Source: Setoptus koraiensis (lineage: Eukaryota; Animalia; Arthropoda). Taken from it: 64,000 nucleotides of DNA. How positions within the stretch are numbered: the first letter of the stretch is position 1; every line of letters begins with the position of its first letter. Location of the stretch: positions 8,432,001-8,496,000 of the forward strand of contig CM106585.1 in NCBI GenBank assembly GCA_048013815.1, written 5' to 3'. Shown one piece after another: positions 1 through 13,575 of this stretch. The notes beneath the pieces were generated by a model, which was given only the letters and a program-made list of their open reading frames with translations, made no database searches and was not told where the DNA came from. A program made the position numbers and the translations under genes.

Positions 1-724
1 ACAAGAAGAAAAAGTAGAAAGCTGCCTACATTAACTGTGGCTCTCGTTGTGGCTGCAGCAGGCAAATTACAAGAATCAGGTTCAAGGTCATCGGCGCATG
101 TCTTACCCTTTTGTGACCACCACTGCCGGCTCTCGTCAGACTTGCCCTCTCGACTGGACTAGCTGTGAGTTTGTTTGTGTTTATATTCACTCGCTTGTGT
201 CTAGCCAGCATCTAACATTTCGGATGAGAGAACAACAACTTGCACTTGTCGCTCGGCCGCGCCAACCAGCCGTGCAACTCGTCCGCAACAGCAGCTACTG
301 CTTCTCTGTGTCGCTGGCGTCTTATATACAATTGATAGATTCTCGACGAAGAAAACAAAACATTGCCTTTGTGCAACAGGCCACAGCCAATGCCGAAAGA
401 AGCCTTTTGCCTGACAGTCGGTAGCAGCTACCGACGACTTACAGACAGTAGCTCCTACCAACTGTGACTGCGCCACTCACGCGCCGGCCTCCACGCACGG
501 CGCTTCGACAGGTGATACAAGCCTTTGGTGTTGTCTATCATGAACAGTCTATGTGCCTTGTCCTTTGTTCTTACAACCTGATGGGCGAAATCAATTTCCT
601 GTTTCAATCACGCAATCACACAACAGTTGGCATACAGTTAAATTGATTTGATTTAATTTCTAAATATACATAATTTGCATTATATTATTGTTGTCGCAAG
701 TAACTATACACAATCGACACGATC

Positions 725-3700
725 TCAAGATTTATGATAACGGTTTCGGTGTTGTTGGTGGGCTGCCTGGGGACCTGATTGTCGGCCTATGGCCGAGCCA
801 TTGGTTGTAGCTGGTTGCAGATAGTATTTGCCTGTTGAATTGTTAATCGGCTGCTGCTGGCCATTATCAACGTACATGGCGTCGACTTGATTGTCGTTGG
901 ACCATCCATCCATGTCCTGTGTTGCTGTTGTTAACGCTGCTGTCGATGTTGCATCGCCCAATCTGGTGCCAGCGAACATGCAGGACATTGCGTTTCCGGT
1001 TCCATATGCAGCACTTCCGTATTGCAAATGGCGACTATCGGCACCGTTGGGAACCATGTAACCGTTGACTTGGCTAAAAAAGGACGAGCTTGTTGAGGCT
1101 GCTGGAGTTGTCGCCTGTTGCTGTGACGATAGCTGATGCGGCAAGGGTGGCGGTGGCATTCCGGCATTGTTGCTGTTGTAATAATTGTAATCGCCATTGT
1201 CACCGTATTGCTGCTGTTGCTGATGATGCAAATCAGAATACCTCTTCGATGATTGTTGCTTGGATTTTGATGTTGACACCGATTGCGACTGGTGATTGGC
1301 GAGAAGATGGTCGTTATGTTCATCGCCGCCAGATAATATAAGGCCTCTTGGGTGAAAGTTGGACCGACCATTCAGCACGGGTGGAAATAGGCGTCTGTTC
1401 ATAGTCATCGTCTGTAATTGGGGATCCAATTGATCTTGATTAGCGCTCCGCTTATAACTGCTATTATCGCCACGTTGATGATATCTTGTCATTTTATCGA
1501 CATGCTCATAGTCGTACGGATGCTGATTATTGCTGTTGTTTAATGCTGTCGACAATTGATGTCCACTCTTATAGTAGTTTGTCTCCAGCGCTATACCATA
1601 ATTGTCGTGCATAATCATATTATCGTGGCCGCCACCGATGGCAGCCATCGATCGACTCCTATGAATGCCTCTGTGATGATGATGATCCGCTCTAGCATCA
1701 TGCTGATTGTATCGTCTGGATAATGTTTGTTCAAACACACCGTTGTGTTTGGCGCTGTTGTTGTTAGTGTCATTGGCGTTGCTTGTTAACAAGTGTCTAT
1801 CCGATGATGTTGCCGATCTGTCGCTGTCATAATAATCAGCCTGAGGTAGCGAGAACGATGTTGCCGTTGTCAATAGTCCCGATGACTTATTATTGCTGCC
1901 CAATTTGCTAGTATTCACGGAACATTTACCTATGGGCGGCATACCATGGGTAACAACAACACCATCATTGTCATAGTGAACCGTTTGATTGTGTTGTCTT
2001 GGTGAACTCTTGTCACTGTCACAGTAGGACAGGCCCTCGCCGTCGTCATCATTTATCCAGTCCTCGTCTATCCTGTAATTAGTCTGGTTTTTAGCTAAAG
2101 TGTTGTCTCTGTGATACACATATTGCTGGTGCTGCTGATTGGTGTTATATTGATGCAATTGCAATGCATGCTTGTGATTCTTTATGCCGTTCTGATGATC
2201 CAAGGGATACAATTCATTGGCCCCCATATTGCTGCTAGCCGTTGTTGACAAAGTCAATCGCTTGTCTATGGTGTTAGCCGATGATGCCGATAATGAGGCA
2301 TTATTGTGTTTCTTCTTTGTACTGTTGCTATTGTATTTTCCATTGGTGTTGTGCTTATTGTTTTGGCCAGATTTGTGCAATGTATCAACAACAAATTGAT
2401 GATGATAGGCCTCATTAACATGGCCCGTGCCCATGCCCAACGTGGTCCCACTCAATGAGGCAAGTAGATTTCGTTGACGGCGTGCAGTACTTGACTCGAC
2501 CAATGCCGTTGATAGAAGCATCGATTTTGAAGTGGCCATTTTCGATGCTAAACCATGGAGTGTATCACTGGAGTTATCGCTAGAGCTATTGGACGAACTT
2601 GAACATCTCTTTTCCATCCTCAGGCAACAGCAGAGACACCACCTCCGATAGCAACAACACAAGAATATCATCGCTATTGATATAATGATTAAACACAACG
2701 ATCCAGCAATTATGACAGCCATTTGATCAAAGTCAGTAAGACGTCCAAATCTGTTGAAGGCAAACCTAAAATGACCAGAAGTGAAGTTAGTGTAGGCACC
2801 TTGACCATTGCTTGCTGTTTGTAGATGAGTATTTGATGCCAGCAAGTTTATGTTGTCGTCTTGATTATTGTCCATTTGATCGTGCTGATTGTTATTGGTA
2901 TGATCATGGTAAAACTGCTGATTGTTGTCTTGATTGTCGCCTTGCTGTGTGGCCTCAATGATCGGAACAGAAGTTGTTGATGTTGTGCTCGAGCTCAAAT
3001 TATTATTAGAGTTCGCAGTGTCATTGTGACTCTGGCTAGCATCTTGATCGGCTGTTTTGTTGTCGTTTGTTGAAGGTTCGTCAGCAGTGGGGTCATTTGT
3101 TTTGGTACTAGAATGGTGTGGATCGCTGAATTCCAAACTTTGTGAAGAATTTTGTCCTCCATGAGCGATCGAAGGCGATGATGTCAGTTCTCTATTTGTA
3201 TGCTGCGATATAACTTGAGAATCGTCTGCTCTGGCCGATGGATGCCGGTTGGTTTGTTTATGCAAACGCGGCTGTATATTGTTCGCATTTGACACATCCA
3301 AACTGGCCGAATTTCCATGACTTTTATCGACGAGTAGTATTGCGTTAGATTCAGTGGCCAATGTAGAGGCCACAACGGTTCCCAACGGTGCGATAGAGCT
3401 TTGCTGGTCTTGCGATTGATTCACTATTACAGTGGGAGATACGCTAGGCCTCCTTGGAAATTTTGTTGTTGTGGTTGATTGTGCTGTACTTGAGCTAGCT
3501 GGAGTGTTAGTGGTAGTTGTGGTGGTGGTTGTGGTTGTTGAGGGCTTCGAAGTTGACCTGGCGCTGCTAATATCAGGAGTTGTGGCATCATTGCTACTAT
3601 TTGACATTGGTGGACCGTTGTTGGTTGTGATCAAAATTGGCAATTGCGTTGGTGCCGATGATATTTTTCTTCTATTTCCTTGGCTGAAGAATAAGCTTGG

Positions 3701-6700
3701 CGTTGTTCTTATTGCTTCAAACGAGCCAGAGCCTGTGAACTGCGATGCTTGTGGGGTAGCGCCAGTTTCTAACGAGTTGGTCTTGAAATCGTTGGAAGAA
3801 GTTGTCGATGATTCCGAAGAGATTGGTGACGTCTGAGGTATACTGTCACCGTCGCTTTTGCTCACAGTTGGTGAGATATTTGACTGATTGGACTGTTGTT
3901 GTTTAGGACTGTTGTCCTTATCTATCGGAGAGGGCAAACCCAGCGACATGTATGGGGGTTTTGCCACTCGCTGAGGCGTCAGTAGGCGAACGTTTCCATA
4001 AGTTCCATTGATAGTGATATTGGGTGCAATTATCGGGCTAGATAGTCTGTATATTGAGGACACCGACATGCGAGTATTGTTTGCGGGTGTCTGATCTTGC
4101 TGACTTGGGGTCGCCAATGTGGCCGGTTTCAGAGTGGTAAAGCTGTTTGTGGTGGTTGCCGTCGGTGTTGTTGCTGTTGTCGTAACTATTAAGCTGGTGG
4201 CCGCTGGATTTGGTGCTGCAGAAGATCGACGGTTATTCGTCGAGGATGGACCAGTAGTAACGATGCTGGTGCTTAATGTCGATGGACTAGGAACGATTGT
4301 CGGGATATCGCTAGAAGCCGCAGATAAATGATGATGATGATGCTGCTGCTGATGCTTCTGGTTGATTAGACTGGATATTCGTTGCGGATTAAAGTTGGAT
4401 GTTAGACTAGAGGTGACACTTGGTTGTACGGTGCTAGTGCCTGTTGTTTGATTGCTGATGCTGGCCGGCGACACGGAAGAAGACACAGAAATGGAATATC
4501 TGTGAGGCTGAAAACCATTGGTGTCCGCAACGAGACGAGGCCCCTTGGTTGTGCCACTCGCTTGCTGGCCCGCATTGTTCGCGTTGGTTGGTGGCAGGGC
4601 TGTGGACGAGCTAGCTTGTTGCTGAGATGAGTTGTTGCCATTTTGAGTGGATGAATTCTTTGCGCCAAATATCAATGAATTATATGAATTGTTGCCATTG
4701 TTGTTGGAGCGCCTTCTCACTATGTCCGCTTGTTGGATATTTTGCAAGAGATGCTGGTAAGTGAGACTGGAATTCAGTGAATTGTAACCGGACGATAAAT
4801 GTCTATGCAAATAGCCGTGCCTATTTGACTTTCTACTATTGCTGTCCGGGCCCTGATTTCCATTGTCGAACAATGAATCGTCAAAGGTATCCATAAACGG
4901 AGCTAGTAGGCCGCCACCAATGACGTAATTGTTTGCATCGTTGGTTGGATTGCCCGAATCGCCAAACAGTGACGGTGTTGCACTTGTTGTTCTCAGGCCA
5001 AATTGGTTGCTGGCGGAGGTGGTTGTGAACTGGTTGGTATCGGCATCGGTATTTATGGGCAATGTCACCATGGGATCACCGCCAGGATTTGCTTGTCTCG
5101 ATCTGGTTGAGTGACCCCAAGGGTCGTTGCTACCGTTTTGCTCGCCCAAACCAATATGAACGGGAATGATAAGCGATCCGCCTGCATTGATAGTGTCCGG
5201 CGTCGAGCGCGCCAAATAGGGATAATCATATGACAATGTCTGATTGTCTGTGAAGTATGAGCGACTTTCGGTGGTGCCCAATTCCATCAGATCGGTCGAC
5301 TCCGATGGCCCCAATCTGTTCAGTTCCATTGGATTGGGCGTTGTGGTGAGATTCTTGAACAACGTCGAAGTTATCAACGGAGTTGTTGGAAAATCGAGCT
5401 GCTGCGAATAGTTGCCCTTGCTGTTATAATGTGAATTTGTGATACTGTTTAGGGCCGACGATGACGCTTGAGCCAGTGCCGTCAACAGATTGTAGCCGCC
5501 CGATATTGTGCTCGGGTGCCACAACGACGACGAATCTAATTTGTTGTCGCTTGTGTTTTGCGATCCCGGCAATTGATTAGTTGTGTTCTTTCTTGCAAAT
5601 TGATTGCCGTGTTGCTCTTGTATTCTGTACTGCACTGGTGGCGAGCAGGCCAAATGATCGAGGGTCAGGGTGGCAAATGAGGCGACAGAGCGCAAATATT
5701 GTGGCTTCGAGCAAAATTGCGGCTGTCTATCTCGTGACGTAACTTGCAATTTGTAATCGCGCTGCCATCTCAGTATCCAGCTGAGCCGACAATCGCAAAT
5801 CAGGGATCTACCGCCAATGCTTAAGAACAACAATGTGCTGTTGAGTGTCTTGAAGGCCGATTCTGGCAACGTTTCCAAGGGATTCCCGTCAAGAGCAACC
5901 AAATTGAGCATGGTGTTCCGCAAGAATGTATCGTTAGGAATGCTCTTCATACTGTTGAAGCCCATGTCTAATCGTCGAATTTTAGACAATTTGGTGATCT
6001 CTTTTTGGGGAAATCTCTCGATGAGGTTGCCCAATAGCGACAATGAGCTTAGAGTTGTTTCCACGCCAAAAAATGTATCATCGTCTATGGACGAGATGCG
6101 ATTTCGTTCTAAATTAATGGCAGTTAGCGATCTCATGTGAGCAAACATCCTGGCTGGTATTTGTGATATCTATTGTTACGTATGTCGTGGAGTAAGTGCA
6201 TAAAATGGACAGTTAGACCATGATTGAATGGCGACAAGCGGACACACATGCATTAAACAAACACTTACCTGATTCTGGGCCAAATTCAAGAAGGCCAACT
6301 TCTCCAAATGCCTGATTGAGCTAGGTATCAGATTTAATTGGGTGTTTTTCAAATTTAGATCATTCAGGCTACGCTCGAGGCCAACAAACGCCTGATTGGA
6401 TATGGAGCCTGTCTGGTAGAATTTGTTGTCGGCCAACCGAAGCGTGTTCAAATGATTCAATCTAAAAAATGCATTGCTCTTTATTTGCATGATATGATTG
6501 TTTGACAAATCCAACACCTTCAAATTGTTCAACCTGTTGATAGCTTTATATGGTATTACAGTGAGCAGATTATCCTGCAAACTCAAACTGATGAGATGGG
6601 GCTCCAAGCCAATGAATGCCTCATCGTCTATTGTCTCAATAGCACTACGTGATATGTGCAACGATTGTATGGCTATAACCCGAAGTCTTTGTGTTTCATT

Positions 6701-7498
6701 AATATGCTTCGCAATTGCAGTGTTGTTGTTTGTTGCTGACTCCTCGATTTTGTTGGTGTCACCATTGCCACTGCCAACCATCAATAGAAACATATTGTTA
6801 GTTAGACGACTAATAGTAGAATTGTTTATATGTAATAAATCAATTTTGGCTGATGATGACAATTCATAGGTTATATCATCTTGCAAAGACGATAAATGTA
6901 ACTGCTGTGATAATGCAGATGCTATTGGCACTGAAGCACTAGATGATAGCGCCTCAATTAATTGGCTAATATTGACCGGCGAACATTGAATAGAGATGCG
7001 ATTTAGGTGATTGTAAGGCGGATTAAAGTCACATATACAGTCGGAATGTAGATCAATTTGTTCTTTTGGCCAGGGACACTGGCAGTGAATTTGATTTATG
7101 AGGCCTATCAAAAATAGTAATAATAATGGTATTGTTTGCATACATTTCAAATGCACCGATATCGTCTGACTATTTGCCATATTAGTGTTAGTTTGACGCG
7201 GGCGATACGATAAATTTCTGAACTTGTCTGCCTGTTTACATGCTCCAATTTTTGTTGTCATATTGCTACAACAACCCAATTTGCATTGATGGATAGATTT
7301 ATGCCATGGGTCACAATGTTGAACATCAACACATTGTTGGTTGGCAATATGTTGCCCTATTGATTTAGGCAACCGGTTATCAGTAGCAGTGCTGGAGACC
7401 ACCTCGGATTTTGATGTTGTTTGCGGCGGCCTCTTCGGTCGCTGTAAGAAATAATCTGTTTGTTGGCTGCTGTCTATGCTGCCGTTGCGAATAATCAT
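725..7498 (-). CDS. haf: Hattifattener-like leucine-rich-repeat single-pass transmembrane protein (2 coding exons: 7498-6269 and 6169-725)
   Basis: Intron 6268-6170 (99 nt, CAG|GTAAGT...ACAATAG|ATA, phase 0) joins the two track ORFs into ...NLAQNQ-ISQIPARMFAHM. Signal-peptide-like MQTIPLLLLFLIGLINQIHC, LRRNT (CPW...CIC), LRRs (LQDNLLTVIP, LDLSNN, LNLKNT, LERNRI, LDMGFN, LALDGNP), LRRCT (GGRSLICDCRLSWI...LQVTSRDRQPQFC), TM MAVIIAGSLCLIIISIAMIFLCCC. These motifs match Drosophila haf/CG14351 as recalled. The start may be 7498, 7180 or 7141. Confidence 0.85.
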
Positions 7499-9433
7499 TT
7501 CTAATAACTAGATGAAAGTACACTTTTCATGTGTGTGTCGACATATATAAGACAAGCTAAAACTTCCGCATGTGTAATCTGTAATTTTGACTGATGTCGT
7601 TGATGATGATTATGATGAATATCAACAACACTGGCAATTGGTAACTGTTAATATCTTGAGTTGAGTGAAACGGACAGACGGATTTAGTTGCTTGAGTTAG
7701 TTATTGCTATTTGATAACTATTTGGCCGGCAATAGTGACAATCTTGTTGTATAACAATGATACTGGCATGACAACACACTACTACACTGATCTCATTTGG
7801 TCGTATTTTGTCGTGATTTGTCTCTTACTCTTATTTCTAAACTTGGCCAAGTTGCCAGATTTTGCTAGCAGTTAGCATTACGTGTTGCTTGCAACTTGCT
7901 CATACAAATGAAATAGTTTGTATGAGTAGTCATGGATAATAGTAAAGGTCCACAATGGCTAGATGGACTTGCTTCTATTTGAATCCCTATTGAATGTTGC
8001 TCAAGATTTGATTTGATTCACTTTAATAGATTTGTTCGTTGTGTCCAACAAGATACTTCTGTTTTGGCTCTGTCCAGTGTTGTCGAACAAGTTGTACGAT
8101 GGTGATAAATCATGACTTGTGTGCATGTTTGAGGATGATACTTTGTGCAATTTAATTGTTATAGTTACTAAGTGGCATTGGCTATATTAAGTAACATCCT
8201 ACTGGCAAGTAAAATTGAACCAACATTCAAGGGCAATGCTAATCAAATAATGCATTCAGGTGAGTCAATCCAATATTACTCATTGAGTCGTCATGGGGAA
8301 GTATTTTAGCAGAACTGAATGAGGATCGTCGATCGCCAATATCCAAGAGAAAGGTAGTTTTGTTTGTTTGTTAGCTGTTCGGATTGATAGGAAGGGTAGG
8401 TAAGAATTGCAAGAATTGATTACTATTTAATAAGAAAACAATCATTGTGGTTGGTAATTTTATTTATCTATTTAGTCAATGAACTCGAATTTTATGGGCT
8501 CAATCATCGATCAAGTTTTGTTTCTACTCAGAACTTTTGCCATGTCTATGCGAGCGATTCCCCAGGGGCTGAGACAAAACAATAAATAATCAATTCTATT
8601 ATCATTACTCTGCTATTGATATTGTTATAATGTCTATAATGGATTTGGCCAATCAACAAACTACAAAATGTAAACACAAAGACGTTATACGCAGCGCACA
8701 AGAGAAATGCACAAACCAGAATCTTATATTATGAGAATTATCATCGGACACAGAACCAACAAATGATGCCATGCTAAAAGGAAGCATGCAAATGAGGCGA
8801 TGATCTTCGATGATACATCAGAGCAAACTAACACTATTACTGAAAAATCAAAGCTAAGTGGCCCAACACACAAACAAAGACAAGTAAAAACGCCAATTAT
8901 AATCGGAAATTAACAAACTCTAATAAGACATGTATAGCAATTTCTTAGAATGCATGCAACTTTTTGAGATTTCTTCCTCCTGATATAATTAGCTTGTTTG
9001 TTTAATGCAGCAATCAGAGAGCTTCATAGGCAGCAAACATGTAAATGCACGATAGATAGCAGATATAATTTTTATGCAAATCCCCTACTGTCTTGCAAGG
9101 TTCCCATTCTGAAACAATGGACCACAATGCATATCGCAGATGTATCTGGCACATGTTAACTGATATCTGGCTTGCTAGACAGGCATACGGTGTCATTTGT
9201 ATACATCAAGTGCATCTAACTTATTGTGTGACTTGTCTAACTTTGTCTTTAGGCTCTTGTCTTTAAGTAAGCTGTCTATCTATCCAAAGGCAACAGGTGA
9301 TAATATCAAGTGGCGAAGCAGTGTTACAGGAAGTATCACTGTTGACGGATTTCGCTTTTGGCTCACCAATTCACTGGCTCATTGGATGGCTGCTGACAAA
9401 TCCTACAACAAGAGATAACAACTTTTTTCTGTT

Positions 9434-9469
9434 TTCTAGATAGCACTAGATCATTAGTGCTATCTAGAA
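9434..9469. repeat. Perfect inverted repeat: 15-bp stem with 6-nt loop
   Basis: TTCTAGATAGCACTA-GATCAT-TAGTGCTATCTAGAA. Confidence 0.95.
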
Positions 9470-12081
9470 GTCAGTTTTCGGCTTAACTAACAATGGCACT
9501 GTCTCGGGGCAACAAGAAAATGATTTTACCCCTAGGCCAACGCTGTCATCGTCGCATTAATTCCGCGCTTTTTGCGCGTCCCCAGCGGCTCACTTCAAAT
9601 CAAAATAGAAAGTGTAGCCATTGCAATAATGACAACTACCGCGGTACAACGACAGCCAAGAACTTGCCAGGGGTCTATTTGTGATATCATAATTAACGTG
9701 CTGTTGTTATGTAACATCCCATGGTTTGCAGCATTACTTCTTTGCAGCTACAAACAAGACAAATTAGGCCCTGTTAGTAGAGATGCGGGACGGGCGTCCG
9801 TTCATTGTTGTCGTCGTCGGCATCATTATCAGGGACATCATTAGGGCGCTAACAATTTAATTACAGACGACGACGAACCGCATGCGATAACACCTGCTCT
9901 TTTGTGAGAGCAAGCATTTGGCATAACACAACGCAACTGCTCCTTGTTAGCAAATGTTAACACATTTACACGTGTTCCACTTGGCTGGCTTGGATAACAT
10001 TTCTAAATTCTTCACAAAAATCAGCCAGCTTTGTAGATTTTAATTGGGAGCATTGTTCCTAGCAGCTGATTACGAGATACCAACGCTTTTGCTTGACGCT
10101 CTTCACCTGATAAGACCTTGAATTTGCATAAATAACTGACTAAGCACGAAAAGATGTTCTGTCTTGTTGGAGCAAAGTTTGCTTGCTTGTCTGCTAAACA
10201 ATTGCTGAAACCATTGTTGTTGTCGCTGCTATAGTTGTTGTCCATGCTGTTTTGCATCAAGATATATCCGTGGTTGCACAGTAGCAACAAACAAAACGTT
10301 ATCAGTGTATGGTCACTTCAGGAGTTTAAACATTCGCACGATGGCCTTGCAATTGCCTCGGACCACAAAGATATGATTTGCTCAAAAACAGACGTTTATT
10401 ATGGTGCAGACATGAGATAATTGCAAGCTACATAATAATGATGTCAATCAGCAGCATTTTTTACCTACAACTGTCTGTTTGACATGCTACACATGCAGGC
10501 TGTCATAATGTTTTAGCGGCAATCGGTCACAGCGTGGAAACGGCCACTATATGATTCAATCATTTATTTGCTGTGAGATTAAGAATATCTTTGCATCGAA
10601 GACGTCTCGAATAGAGACTGCTGCAACTCAAAAACAATGAACGGTCCATACAGTTCACCTGTTTGCACCGGTGTGTAAGCTATATGCAAGTTAGTTGGCA
10701 ACGATTTGTAGTGTGGTTCGACGACCGACCATGCGGATCTCTGCTGCACATTGTCGTGTCATCGATTACTACAAACAAACGGGTTACTGGCAACCTGTCG
10801 ATGCTAAAACGGGCATTCTATCGTGCCTAGAAGCTGATTGATTTTATTGAGTTGTTGAGTGTCATCATTTGTACGCCGGTTTATCACCTTTCGTGTTACG
10901 TCACTCTTGTGTTTCTTAATGTAACAATATTGCTAACGAATAGTTGAGAAGCTAAGTAAACGGAAGGATAAGCCACTATTATTAGCAGTGTTGCATCGTT
11001 TCTGAAATTTGCATAAAAACAGTCAACAGTTCAGTCTTGTGGCTAACGACATCGTTATTAAATATAGTGTAGTCGTTATTAGTAAATATATACCCATAGA
11101 GTGTATTGTTTGTTAGGGAGACCCATTTAGAATCTTGTTAATAGAAACAACAAAATTGCAACCCCTCCTTCTTGGATGGAACATAATGAGAGCGAGGCAT
11201 TGTTGTTGCTCCATTGATTCATTAATGGACAGTAGCCATTAAAGAAGCGATACAAGGAACTGCTGCTTGCTACTCTCTCATTGAACTTAGAAAGTAGATG
11301 GTGATCCAATGAACTGCTACAAACTAGATGAGTCCGCTCGACACAAATGTGAGCATGGAAATAAAATTGCTGTTGTTCAGCCGTAATAGTGGTCATCGCT
11401 GTTGCAATCAGTGACAGTAGTCGCCGCAATCAAGGAGTATCAAGCGCTGGACACTTTCTCTCAGATCGGACAACAATGATCTAAATAATAATAATAGTAG
11501 AGAAGGCTCTCTTTCTTTCAATGTTCTTGTCTCAAGCTTTCGAGCGATCAGAAGACAGTAGACAGTAGACAAACTAAGGATTCAGACTGGGTTCAGATAG
11601 ATAGATCAAGAGGGAGAGTGGTTAAAGTGAGAGATATTGCTATATGCTAATGATGATGACAACAAGGACAAACTAATGAGATGATATGCTTGCTACAAGC
11701 CTGTCTGAGTGTCCAAGTGGTAGTTGTTATGTCATTGTACTATATCAAAGAAAAAGAAGAAGATATCAACTGTCCCCTTGGTCGGGTCAGTTTTACGAGA
11801 CTGAGCCAGCTAGCTCATTTTGATAAGATGGAAGCCATTATAGTTAACTAAGGCTAAAGTGGTGCCACTGACTAAAGTGTACGACCATAGTACTACAGGT
11901 AGTTTATCATTATACATTTAGTTTGATGATTCTAGCAATAATTGACCATTAGCTGATAGTGGCTTAGCAGTGACCATTAACGGCCGCACTGGCTTTAGTA
12001 TTATTATCGGGTGTACAATTTACTTTGTGCGTTCGGTGTGCAAGCGAGACACACTCTATTGGAACAGATAGTCTGTTGGCC

Positions 12082-12128
12082 AGTTGTTGTTGTTGTGGTT
12101 GTTGCTGTTGTTGTTGTTATCGTTGTTG
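12082..12128. repeat. Imperfect (GTT)n microsatellite
   Basis: agttgttgttgttgtggttgttgctgttgttgttgttatcgttgttg. Confidence 0.9.
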
Positions 12129-12440
12129 AACAATGATTTCCGCATCTAGAATTACAGCAATTGTTTATGGTGTTGCCTTTGTTTTAAACAACCGATGAAC
12201 TATCCATTTGGTGTTAGCCACCGCTTTGAACTATTCAATCAGGCCATCATTTCATCTTTTCTACCACTACTTCTACTACCTGGTGGTCTTGTTAAACAAC
12301 AATGCAACACATTTCAGTAGTGCACTTGCTTACAAGTGTGCTAGATGGGAGAGGCTCGTCATGTTTATGTCGCATTTATTATGGGCTTGTTTGCTTAATG
12401 CAAAACTTAATATCTTCACCACCAAGATAGGGTGATGTAT

Positions 12441-12500
12441 CAACCACAACCACAACCGCAACAACAACCGCAACCATAACCACAACCACAATCACACTAC
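12441..12500. repeat. Degenerate (CAACCA)n hexamer repeat
   Basis: caaccacaaccacaaccgcaacaacaaccgcaaccataaccacaaccacaatcacactac. Confidence 0.85.
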
Positions 12501-13320
12501 TGCAATCTCTGGCACTATCACACAATTGCAAACAACAGCCACAACAACAACAACAACAAGTGACTGGATAACACTGTGCAACAAATTTGAAGAAAATAGC
12601 TGAGTTAAACTAAATAAATGAAAAGGTAGCAAGTTGATAGATTTATTATTGTTTGCACGCCAATGGATTGTAGCGGCAATGGGAAGTTAGTCACAGTGCA
12701 GCCAACAAGTGCAATGGTTGCATAACAATAACGGGTAGCGGGCAGTAGCAAGCTAGCCAGCAAGCGAGCGAGCAACAACGAGTGATTGATATTGGCCACC
12801 ACTTGTTAAAGAGTTCACTATTTTTTCAGCACAACATCGCTGCACGCCAATCATGTACTGGACGTGACCATCAATTAGGTGCTCAAAGCAAGCATCAATT
12901 CTTATTGTTGTTCTTATGGCTGGTACTGTTGTTGATTTACTTTGGAGGAAGGATAGCTTCTCTTCCACGCAACATGATTAAATAGGAGCATTTGATCATG
13001 TGCAAATCAATCATCTAAGTGATTGATTCGACTATTGAAGCTAACAAGTTTGCTTTGATGAGTGCTTTGTAATAGATCCTAGGTAATAGTTGGGATGATA
13101 GTAGCCAATGATGGGCGATGACGAGCCAACAATGAAAACTAGAGGAATGTTACGGATGAAACGGTTGGGTTGCTGATTATAGCGGTTGTTTAATCATTCT
13201 CATTTTATTATTGTATGACTTTAAACTTGGTGGAACCTTTGTTGTTGTTTTAACCAAATCCGTGAGACCATCCAACAGTCAATAAGTCCAGCAATCGTCT
13301 CTACTCTAGTCAGCTCGTTT

Positions 13321-13405
13321 TGTTTCATTCCGTTCTGCTACGTTTTGTTTCTTTTCGTTTCATTTCATTTCGTTTCGCCTCGTCTCGTCTCGTTTCGCCT
13401 CGATT
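13321..13405. repeat. Degenerate pentamer array (CATTT/CGTTT/CGCCT/CGTCT)
   Basis: ...cgtttcatttcatttcgtttcgcctcgtctcgtctcgtttcgcctcgattt. Confidence 0.85.
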
Positions 13406-13540
13406 TGAATAGAGTGGACAGAATTGATGCTAATGGTAACGATAAACAATGAACCAACAGAATGACTCTAGATGCCTCACATGAACGTTGACCTTCTTCT
13501 TGTTGATTTTGAAAGATGCAAGAACTAGATAAATGAGTCA

Positions 13541-13575
13541 AAGCAAGCAAACAAACAAACAAACAAACAAACAAA
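13541..13575. repeat. (AAGC)2-(AAAC)n tetranucleotide microsatellite
   Basis: aagcaagcaaacaaacaaacaaacaaacaaacaaa. Confidence 0.9.

Noticed and set aside
931-6140. Many 60-146 aa ORFs overlapping the LRR gene on other frames or strands
   Set aside because: Shadows of codon and trinucleotide bias in the long low-complexity CDS. The same applies to antisense ORFs inside HECW, VPS4, LYST and the 907-aa gene.
7840-7853. 14-bp perfect palindrome AACTTGGCCAAGTT
   Set aside because: Several 7-bp-arm palindromes are expected by chance in 64 kb.
12082-12567. Apparent long-range inverted repeat between the GTT-rich and AAC-rich tracts
   Set aside because: Explained by complementary microsatellites; the unique sequence between them does not pair.
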